Shown here: positions 15,602-23,156 of the stretch, in pieces
Position numbering within the stretch: the first letter of the stretch is position 1
Layout: the number at the start of each line of letters is the position of its first letter
Sequence record: PV660458
DNA length: 42,378 bases
Direction: 5' to 3' (one strand)
DNA from: Escherichia phage LF82-23
Made by a program: the position numbers and the translations under genes
The notes under the pieces: generated by a model
Seen by the model: only the letters and a program-made list of their open reading frames with translations
What the model was told of the DNA's origin: nothing
Databases searched by the model: none

Positions 15602-18067
15602 ATGGCAATTAGAGCACAGGTGATTGACGTTGAGACCGAGAACCATGAGTGGTATGGGGAGCTGGCATCGCCGCGCTGCCCGGATAACTATGTGGTTATG
15701 CAGGGTCAGCGTGACTGTGTGCTGACCAAGGATGGCTGGGTGTTCTACGAGCGCGAGGAATATCGGTACAGTTCGAGGGAGGATTGGTTGCAGAACAAGA
15801 GCCTGCACCTACATCCCGACACGAACATTCTGGTAGCCCACAACGCGCCGTATGAATTGAGCTGGTGGTTCGAGCATTACGGTGACGAGTTCATTGCCTT
15901 CCTCAAACGAGGTGGCCGTGTATTCTGTACCGCGTATGCTGAGTATCTGCTGACGCATCAACAATCCCAGTACCCATCCTTGAACGAGACAGCACCGAAG
16001 TATGGCGGTACTCACAAGGTGGATGCAGTCAAGGCGATGTGGGAGTCAGGCTACCTGACCAGCCAGATTGACCCTGAGCTGCTGAGCGAGTATCTGTCCG
16101 GGCCGTCCGGCGATATTGAGAACACGACCAAGCTGTTCGTTGGTCAGTGGGCAGAGCTGACGAAGCAGGGTATGTTGCCGATGGCACTGACCCGGTTCGA
16201 GGGTATGCTCATGTGGGCGTACATGATGCACGCTGGTCTGCATGTTGACCGCGAGGTTGCCGAGCGCAACCGCCGTGAGTTGCAGGATGCAATCAGTGGG
16301 CTGACTGATACACTGCTGAGTTACCTGCCAGCCGACATGCCGAAGGAGGCGCGTGAGCAGTTCAAGTTCACGTCAGCTTATCACATGAGCGCGTTCGTGT
16401 TCGGCGGCGTGATGAAGTACAAGGCGCGAGTCGAGCGCCGGGATGGGGATGGCAATCTCATTTACGTGAAGGTGGATGCGCCACTGTTCAAGCGAGGCAA
16501 GGACAAGTGGGTCAAGCATACCAGTGAGTGTGAGTGGGATGACGAGACCGGGCTATGGTATGACCCGGTTGAGAAGGTACACCAGACCATCTACTCCAGC
16601 GGGAAGAACAAGGGTGCGCCTAAGTTCGAGAAGCTGGCGACGGATGAAGTGGATACCAAGTGGGGTGAGGTGCTGTTCCGTATGCCGGGCCTCCTGCGTG
16701 TGCAGGATAAACGAGCGAAGGAGATTGCAGACAACCTCGAATGGGAAGACCCGAAGCGACCGGGTGAATACCTGCGGCGCACGGGTGACTGGGTTGGTAA
16801 GCGCAGGCTTGCCGATGGCAGTCCGGTATTCAGTACGGCGGGTGAGGTGCTGGACATTCTGGCAGCTCGTAAGATTCCCGGCGTGGTGGAGATTGCCGAC
16901 CGAGCCAAGGCACAGAAAGACCTCGGCACTTACTACCTGAGCGAGACGTTCGATGAAGAAGGGAACGTGACTGGCCAGTCGGGGATGATGCAGTTCATCC
17001 AGCCGGACAGTATCGTACACCACACCATCAACATGACCGCGACGGAGACGACGCGCTTATCATCGGCGCGACCTAACAGTCAGAACTTGCCACGTAAAGG
17101 TACGAGTAAAGTTAAGCAGATGTTCACCTCACGCTTTGGTGAGGGTGGCCGCATCGTTGAGGCTGACTACTCGGCACTGGAAGTGGTGGGGCTGGCCGGG
17201 TTCAGCAAGGATAAGAACCTGATTCGTGCATTGCTCGACGGTATCGACATGCACTGTATGCGTCTGTCAGCTCAGCTCAACGAGCCATACGAGGACGTGC
17301 TTAAGAAGTGCAAGGATGAATCCCATCCTGACCATGCACGATACAGTCAGATGCGTACTGACATTAAGCCGAAGGCGTTCTCATATCAGTATGGTGCAAC
17401 AGCGCGAGGCATTGCGTACTCGACTGGTTGCTCTGAGGAAGAAGCTCAAGCGTTCATCGACAACGAGAAGGGTCTGTTCCCGGAAGTTGAAGAATGGTTC
17501 GACTCGGTTATCTTCCCAGCCGTAGAGAAAAGTGGACAGAGCAATGTGTTCAAGGAGCAGGACGAGAACGGACGGTGGCAGGTGTATCGCCGTGGTCACT
17601 TCCGGTCGCCGGGTGGAACTTGTTATTCATTCCGTCAGTATGAGAAATGGAACAAGGCGGCGCGTGCTCACCTGATGGAATACAAACCAACTCAGATGCG
17701 TAACTATCCGATTCAGGGTGAGACCGCATTTTGGGTACAGGGAATCGGTGGCCTGCTGTTCCGCTGGCTGCTATCGAACGACTTCTTTGGTGGGCGTGTG
17801 GTTCCCATCAACCAAGTGCATGACGCATTCTATTTCGACATTGCACCTGACTGCCCCCACGAGTTCTTCGTTGGACTCAAGGCAATCATGGAAAGCATCC
17901 CGGAATACTACAACCACGTATGGCCAGAGTATAACCTGACAGTGCCGTTCCCGGCAGAGGTGGAAGCAGGGCCAAGCATGTACGAGAAGCACCACGTAGA
18001 GACGACAGCCGATGAAGTGCTGGAGTTTAAGAGACAATTCCTGACGAGTAAGGGTATCGCATTATGA
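15602..18067 (+). CDS. DNA polymerase, family A (T7 gp5-like)
   Basis: Motif A DYSALEVV, motif B RTDIKPKAFSYQYGA, motif C VHDAFYF; N-terminal exonuclease D-x-E (DVETE). Start chosen at ATG 15602 (GGAGG 4 nt upstream); ORF track begins at GTG 15578. Confidence 0.85.
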   Translation: MAIRAQVIDVETENHEWYGELASPRCPDNYVVMQGQRDCVLTKDGWVFYEREEYRYSSREDWLQNKSLHLHPDTNILVAHNAPYELSWWFEHYGDEFIAFLKRGGRVFCTAYAEYLLTHQQSQYPSLNETAPKYGGTHKVDAVKAMWESGYLTSQIDPELLSEYLSGPSGDIENTTKLFVGQWAELTKQGMLPMALTRFEGMLMWAYMMHAGLHVDREVAERNRRELQDAISGLTDTLLSYLPADMPKEAREQFKFTSAYHMSAFVFGGVMKYKARVERRDGDGNLIYVKVDAPLFKRGKDKWVKHTSECEWDDETGLWYDPVEKVHQTIYSSGKNKGAPKFEKLATDEVDTKWGEVLFRMPGLLRVQDKRAKEIADNLEWEDPKRPGEYLRRTGDWVGKRRLADGSPVFSTAGEVLDILAARKIPGVVEIADRAKAQKDLGTYYLSETFDEEGNVTGQSGMMQFIQPDSIVHHTINMTATETTRLSSARPNSQNLPRKGTSKVKQMFTSRFGEGGRIVEADYSALEVVGLAGFSKDKNLIRALLDGIDMHCMRLSAQLNEPYEDVLKKCKDESHPDHARYSQMRTDIKPKAFSYQYGATARGIAYSTGCSEEEAQAFIDNEKGLFPEVEEWFDSVIFPAVEKSGQSNVFKEQDENGRWQVYRRGHFRSPGGTCYSFRQYEKWNKAARAHLMEYKPTQMRNYPIQGETAFWVQGIGGLLFRWLLSNDFFGGRVVPINQVHDAFYFDIAPDCPHEFFVGLKAIMESIPEYYNHVWPEYNLTVPFPAEVEAGPSMYEKHHVETTADEVLEFKRQFLTSKGIAL

Positions 18068-18963
18068 CCGCATCTGTATTGAACCGCATGAACTCCATCG
18101 TCGAACAGTATGTTGACGAGGAAGAACTTGACTTTAACGAAGCCACGTCTGGTGGTGGTAAGCTGCTGCCGGAAGGTAAAGCGCTGGCACGTCTGGTTGG
18201 CTACATTGAAGTGGGGCCGAGCGTAACCAAGCAGGCACCGGACAAGCCGCCTGTCAATAAGTTCTTCCTCCAGTTCGCGCTGTGGGGCAAGGCCAAGAAC
18301 GGCGAGACTTACCATGAAGTTGTCAATGGTAAGATGGTGCCGGGCAAGGTGCGCACGCAGTTCATCGCTGTGAAGAAAGACCTGAACAGCAAGTCCGGCG
18401 CTTACAAACTGTTCAAGCGTATGAACCCGGACAAGACTGCGAAGCACTTCGCGCAGCTTCTGAACCACACCTTCATCGTTCCGATTATCCACAACGAATC
18501 GGGCGAGGGTGAGAACAAGAAGGTGTACGCCAACATCGACCTTGAGAACATCATGCTCGCGGTTGACCCGGTGACTGACCAGCCGTACCCGGTGCCGGAA
18601 GTCGAAGACGAGACGCTGTTCAAGCTGTTCCTGTGGAACCGTCCGACCAAGGAAGACTGGGAATCCCTGTACATCGAAGGCAAGAACGACGATGGCAAAT
18701 CCAAGAACTGGATTCAGGACAAGCTGCTGGAGTCTCCTGAGTTCCCCGGCTCTCCGCTTGACCTGCTGCTGAATGGCGCTGGCGCTGGCTCGGCAATCGC
18801 TGAGCTGCCGGAGCTGGGTGACGTGGGCCAGCCGGAGGAAGTGGCTGAGGTTAAGCAGGAAGTGCAGGAGCTGGCGACGGCGGGTGCGGCTGACAAGTCG
18901 GCAGCGTCCAAGCCTGAGCCGGACGTGACTGGCGATGCTGACTTCGGCCTGCCGAGTTTGTAA
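18064..18963 (+). CDS. hypothetical protein with acidic C-terminal tail, possible ssDNA-binding protein
   Basis: ATGA overlap with polymerase stop; acidic C-terminus with terminal aromatic (GDADFGLPSL), reminiscent of T7 gp2.5 tail; weak inference. Confidence 0.35.
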   Translation: MTASVLNRMNSIVEQYVDEEELDFNEATSGGGKLLPEGKALARLVGYIEVGPSVTKQAPDKPPVNKFFLQFALWGKAKNGETYHEVVNGKMVPGKVRTQFIAVKKDLNSKSGAYKLFKRMNPDKTAKHFAQLLNHTFIVPIIHNESGEGENKKVYANIDLENIMLAVDPVTDQPYPVPEVEDETLFKLFLWNRPTKEDWESLYIEGKNDDGKSKNWIQDKLLESPEFPGSPLDLLLNGAGAGSAIAELPELGDVGQPEEVAEVKQEVQELATAGAADKSAASKPEPDVTGDADFGLPSL

Positions 18964-18971
18964 CTGACAAT

Positions 18972-18987
18972 GGCACAGGGATGTGCC
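18972..18987 (+). repeat. perfect 6-4-6 palindrome GGCACA-GGGA-TGTGCC
   Basis: Seen directly; intergenic, immediately downstream of the stop at 18963. Confidence 0.6.
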
Positions 18988-18998
18988 GTGGAGGGTAC

Positions 18999-19196
18999 AT
19001 GCGAGAGTTAGAGCCGGGCGAGGTTATCGTGTACGACGAGCCTCGCGACATGTGCATGGTAATCAAAAGCCGCAGCGAGCGAGTTGAAATGAGCTACGAC
19101 ATGTTCTTCACTTTGAAGAAGATGATTGAGGACATGCTGATGGAGAGAGTGAATGAGCAGATTGAGACGCTTGCTTCACAATGCCGAGGAACTTGA
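18999..19196 (+). CDS. hypothetical small protein (about 65 aa)
   Basis: ORF-track start 18981 is inside the palindrome; ATG 18999 follows GGAGGG; start uncertain. Confidence 0.35.
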   Translation: MRELEPGEVIVYDEPRDMCMVIKSRSERVEMSYDMFFTLKKMIEDMLMERVNEQIETLASQCRGT

Positions 19197-20127
19197 TGAC
19201 CAGTTTGATGGTTACGTGTCTGGTCGTATTCTGCTGTGCGATGCTGACTCGACAGTCTACGTCGCGTCGGCCACGACCAGTAACATCGAGACAGCGAAGA
19301 CGCGCTTCTGCTCAGGGGTGCTGACCGCTAAGTTCCTCGCCAATGCTCAGTCAGTTCGTATTGAGCTGACGGCGGCAGAGTGTCGCAAGGCTGGTCGATA
19401 CAAGCTGCGCGGCGTGAAGCCGTATCAGGGCAACCGGGATAAGAAGTCGAAGCCCGGTCTGGTTGAGCCGTTGCGTAAGGCGATTGGCCGAAACATGTTC
19501 AACGTTCCCGATGGTGAGGATTGGTACGTCCACCTGAACTTTGAGTTCGAGGCAGACGATACCTTAATCATGGATGCGTGGACGATTGGGCTGGAGGATG
19601 CTGTCATCTACAGCGCGGATAAAGACCTGCGCTGCTGGCCGGGCAGGTTCCTCGACCCGTACGAGAACAAGGTGCTGGAGCCATGCAAAGGTATCGGCAG
19701 TCTGTGGTGGCACGAGACCAAGAGTGACAAGTCATTGATTGGTCATGGGCCTATCTTCTTTTGGGCGCAGATGCTGATGGGCGATACCGCCGACAACATC
19801 TCTGGTGTCAAGAAGATTGGTAAGCAGACAGCTTACAACATGCTGGTCGATTATCAGGAGACTGATGACGAGTCGGCTGTGGCTGAGTTCGTGCTCCGTG
19901 AATACATGGTGCGTGACCAGAACCCATGGCCAGAAGCAGTGGCGCTGTGGCTGTACCGCACGCCGACCTACTCATTCGCAGCCCACCTGAATACGCTGAC
20001 CTTGAGCAAGGAGCTGCGTGTCTGGCTGCACAAGAAATTGAATGAGGAATGGTATGCGGAAAGTGACTGGCGCGACCTTGTTGCAGATGCGGAAGAATGC
20101 GATGGGCTGTCCTTGCCCACTCTGTAA
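19153..20127 (+). CDS. 5'-3' exonuclease (FEN-family, T7 gp6-like)
   Basis: Motif GDTADNISGVKKIGKQTA (H3TH) and acidic clusters FEADD / SADKD. Confidence 0.75.
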   Translation: MSRLRRLLHNAEELDDQFDGYVSGRILLCDADSTVYVASATTSNIETAKTRFCSGVLTAKFLANAQSVRIELTAAECRKAGRYKLRGVKPYQGNRDKKSKPGLVEPLRKAIGRNMFNVPDGEDWYVHLNFEFEADDTLIMDAWTIGLEDAVIYSADKDLRCWPGRFLDPYENKVLEPCKGIGSLWWHETKSDKSLIGHGPIFFWAQMLMGDTADNISGVKKIGKQTAYNMLVDYQETDDESAVAEFVLREYMVRDQNPWPEAVALWLYRTPTYSFAAHLNTLTLSKELRVWLHKKLNEEWYAESDWRDLVADAEECDGLSLPTL

Positions 20128-20434
20128 CGAACCGATGGTAGACCTCAAGCTCATGGTTGTTGACCACGACCATGTGAGTGGGGAGATTCGCGGTGTCATC
20201 TGCCGCTGGTGTAATGCTCAGCTCGGCAAGGTAGAGAACTCTGCCAACCGAGCGAAGCGCCAGCGCACAGTTGACGACTGGCTGGACAGCGCCATCGAGT
20301 GGCGACGTAAGCAACACACTGGTCTGATGTACCCAACGCACAAGACCGAGGCAGAGAAGAAAGCGGCGACAGCCGAGAGACGTAAGAAGGCGGCAGCCGC
20401 GAAAGCGCGAGCCTTAATCACTAAGGGGAAATGA
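20102..20434 (+). CDS. endonuclease VII-family (Holliday-junction resolvase-like) protein
   Basis: Motif CPCPLC...VVDHDHVSGEIRGVICRWCNAQLG; start chosen at ATG 20102 (GGAAG upstream); the ORF extends upstream to 20042, overlapping the exonuclease. Confidence 0.65.
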   Translation: MGCPCPLCNEPMVDLKLMVVDHDHVSGEIRGVICRWCNAQLGKVENSANRAKRQRTVDDWLDSAIEWRRKQHTGLMYPTHKTEAEKKAATAERRKKAAAAKARALITKGK

Positions 20435-21558
20435 TGACCAAGTTAACTAATCACCAACTCAAAGAAGACATTGCCGAAGGGCTTGGCACCAAGGCCATTG
20501 CTGAGAAGCACGACATGACCGAGAGCGCCATTCGATACCGGAAGCGCCAGCTTGCCAAGAGCGGCTGGAGTCCTGAGCACGACATGACGAAGGAGGTGCC
20601 GGAGCCGTATGCGGTGAAGGGTACGTCCACGCTGTACGATAAGGACGGCAACGTTGTCATGCAGTGGGTGAAGACAGCACTCGACCGTGAGCAGGAGCTG
20701 GCGCTGCTGCAAGAAGCTGTCGATGCTATTAGCGAGAGCATCACCCCGGAAGCTGCCCGACCGTACGCCGGGGGCGCGGCACCTGCTGAGCTGCTGAACC
20801 TGTTCGTGCTGACTGACTACCACCTCGGTATGCTGGCATGGGCAGAGGAAACTGGTGACGACTGGGATATGAAGATTGCGGAAGACCTGCTGGTTAAGTG
20901 GTTCTCGGCAGCGATTGCCAGTGCGCCGCCAGCACAGGTTGCCATCTTCGGCCAGCTCGGTGACTTCCTGCACTGGGATGGGTTGGATGCAGTAACGCCA
21001 TCGAGTGGTCATGTGCTTGATGCTGACACGAGATTCCAGAAGCTGGTGCGTGTGGCTATCCGGGCGCAGCGCCGCATCATTGGTATGCTGCTGGATAAGT
21101 TCCCGCAGGTTCACGTGGTGTGTGCCGAGGGCAACCACGACATGGCCAGCTCAATCTGGATGCGCGAGCTGCTGCATGTCCTGTACGCCGACGAGCCGCG
21201 TGTCACCGTTGACCGCAGCCCTGACCCGTACTACTGCTATGAGCATGGCGAGACGGCGCTGTTCTTCCACCATGGTCACAAGCGTAAGGCAGAACAACTG
21301 GAGACTGTACTGGTCGCCAAGTTCCGCGAAGTGTATGGCCGAACCAAACATGCGTATGCACACGTTGGCCACCTGCATCACAAGAAGGTACTGGAGTCTG
21401 GTGTCATGGTTGTCGAGCAGCACCGCACGCTGGCGGCGAAGGATGCCTATGCCTCTCGTGGTGGTTGGCTGAGTGAGCGCAGCGCGAGCGTGATTACTTA
21501 TCATGCCCGGTACGGTGAGGTCGCACGATTCACCATTAGCCCGGAGATGTTAGAGTGA
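20431..21558 (+). CDS. calcineurin-like metallophosphoesterase with N-terminal HTH domain
   Basis: Ordered motifs TDYH, GDFLHWDG, GNHD, HHGH, GHLH fit the metallophosphatase signature D-x-H / GD / GNHD / H / GH-x-H; N-terminal KAIAEKHDMTESAIRYRKRQL looks HTH-like. Confidence 0.65.
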   Translation: MMTKLTNHQLKEDIAEGLGTKAIAEKHDMTESAIRYRKRQLAKSGWSPEHDMTKEVPEPYAVKGTSTLYDKDGNVVMQWVKTALDREQELALLQEAVDAISESITPEAARPYAGGAAPAELLNLFVLTDYHLGMLAWAEETGDDWDMKIAEDLLVKWFSAAIASAPPAQVAIFGQLGDFLHWDGLDAVTPSSGHVLDADTRFQKLVRVAIRAQRRIIGMLLDKFPQVHVVCAEGNHDMASSIWMRELLHVLYADEPRVTVDRSPDPYYCYEHGETALFFHHGHKRKAEQLETVLVAKFREVYGRTKHAYAHVGHLHHKKVLESGVMVVEQHRTLAAKDAYASRGGWLSERSASVITYHARYGEVARFTISPEMLE

Positions 21559-21779
21559 CGAGAACACTGTACCAAGAAGATGTGGTGCAGCTCAAAGAGG
21601 ATGGCCTTTCCATTGAGTGGGAGGCCAACACTCAGGTCGAGCTGTATAAGGATGGCACCGTCTGCATTTCGCAGGACGGTGAGGAAGTCTGGTTGCCTTG
21701 GGCATATGTCCGGGATATTATTTTCGCTCTTGAGGAAGCACACGATGCACATGAAAGACACCGTAGTAGTAGACCTTGA
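21555..21779 (+). CDS. hypothetical protein (74 aa), GTG start
   Basis: GTG overlapping upstream stop (GTGA) with GGAG 10 nt upstream; overlaps next gene by about 35 nt; uncertain. Confidence 0.35.
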   Translation: MTRTLYQEDVVQLKEDGLSIEWEANTQVELYKDGTVCISQDGEEVWLPWAYVRDIIFALEEAHDAHERHRSSRP

Positions 21780-22272
21780 CGGCACGCTGGCTGATGGCCG
21801 TTGGCGTTTACACCTGCTGCCTCCACCGGAGCGTCGGCACCTTGATGAAGCGTGGGCCGAGTTCAACTTGGCTGGCGCTGACGACCCTGCGTTTCAGGAC
21901 ACGATTGATATTGTGAACGCTCTGGCCCTCACGTATCGCATTATCATCCTGACCGGACGCGGAGCCGTGGCCCGTGAAGTAACCGAGCAGTGGCTTGACG
22001 AAGCTGGTGTGGTTTACGACAAGCTAATCATGAGAGAGATTGGCGACTGCCGTAAGGACACGGAGATGAAGCTGGCGGCGCTGGAGGATATCGGCATCGA
22101 GAACATCGTCTGTGCTTTCGATGACCTGCCCCACATCGTGGACTTTATGCGTGGCCTCGGCATCACGGTTTATGAAGTGACCCGGTATGAGGACAATCAC
22201 GAGTATGTTCACGCAAATGCTAAATACGATGGCGCTGATTCTAAGGTCGATGGAGGTAAGGCGAATGGGTAA
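21745..22272 (+). CDS. HAD-superfamily phosphatase (DxDGT motif)
   Basis: N-terminal VVVDLDGTLADG (HAD motif I); GAGGAAG 6 nt upstream of ATG 21745; ORF-track start 21580 rejected. Confidence 0.6.
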   Translation: MHMKDTVVVDLDGTLADGRWRLHLLPPPERRHLDEAWAEFNLAGADDPAFQDTIDIVNALALTYRIIILTGRGAVAREVTEQWLDEAGVVYDKLIMREIGDCRKDTEMKLAALEDIGIENIVCAFDDLPHIVDFMRGLGITVYEVTRYEDNHEYVHANAKYDGADSKVDGGKANG

Positions 22273-22843
22273 GAAAGGTCAGAAGTTTATCTTAGACCCG
22301 ACACGCAACTGGGGCACTGGTACGCTGCTGAGCGACATTGCTGAGCAAGGTATCATCCTGACGTATGACGAGCCGTACGATGTGCCGAACGACAGCCGTG
22401 ACTACTACACCTGCGTCAAGGATGGCACGACCCACCTGCTGGTGTTGGAACCCTACGAAGTGAAGGAGGTTGAAATGTCCTTTATCCCGAACGACCCGTA
22501 TGACCCTTCCAGTGATGTTGAGGTGGCCGTGGTCAAGAGCGCCGGGCCGGGCGGTATGAAGTTCGACGGCGGCAAGCCCCGCATGTCTCTGCTGTTCGAC
22601 GGCTGCCCAAATGCACTGGAGGCTGTGGCCAGCGTGCTGACCTTCGGCGCTGAGAAGTATGCAGCTCACTCGTGGCAGACTGTACCGGAAGGTGAGGAAC
22701 GCTACAAGTCAGCATTGCTCCGGCACCTGACGGCGGTGGGCAAGGGTGAGGAACTGGATAGCGAATCCAACCTGCATCATCTGGCGCACGCCGCGTGCAA
22801 TGCGCTGTTCATTCTGGAACTCGAATTAAGGAAACGTAAATGA
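22265..22843 (+). CDS. hypothetical protein, possible all-alpha NTP pyrophosphohydrolase (MazG-like / dATP-dGTP diphosphohydrolase-like) domain
   Basis: C-terminal KFDGGKPRMSLL...FGAEKYAAHSW...LLRHL...GEELDSESNLHHLAHAACNALFILE resembles that family as I recall it; GGAGG 8 nt upstream of ATG 22265. Confidence 0.35.
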   Translation: MGKKGQKFILDPTRNWGTGTLLSDIAEQGIILTYDEPYDVPNDSRDYYTCVKDGTTHLLVLEPYEVKEVEMSFIPNDPYDPSSDVEVAVVKSAGPGGMKFDGGKPRMSLLFDGCPNALEAVASVLTFGAEKYAAHSWQTVPEGEERYKSALLRHLTAVGKGEELDSESNLHHLAHAACNALFILELELRKRK

Positions 22844-23154
22844 GTCGTTATCAAAGAGCCGTTGACGACACGGTGGTTGACCATAAGGTGTGCGGTGCCT
22901 GCCACGGCAGCGGCACCTACCGTGGCATGTTGATTGGTGGGCAGGTAGTCCTGATGGATTGCGAAGCCTGCGGCGGTACGGGTACTAATGACCCGGCACT
23001 GCAACATTCTGTACTGAGTGACTTAGGCCAGCGCGTACAAGCGCAGCCGGGATATGACGAGCCAAGCAAGCCATCGTATGGTGTGGGTATCGTCGAGCAA
23101 TACGCCGAAGACGGCAAGCTGATTGAGCACCTGAGCAAACAAGTTAAGGAGTAG
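22840..23154 (+). CDS. zinc-ribbon protein with DnaJ-like CxxCxGxG repeats (104 aa)
   Basis: CGACHGSG and CEACGGTG motifs; ATGA overlap with upstream gene. Confidence 0.5.
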   Translation: MSRYQRAVDDTVVDHKVCGACHGSGTYRGMLIGGQVVLMDCEACGGTGTNDPALQHSVLSDLGQRVQAQPGYDEPSKPSYGVGIVEQYAEDGKLIEHLSKQVKE

Positions 23155-23156
23155 TC

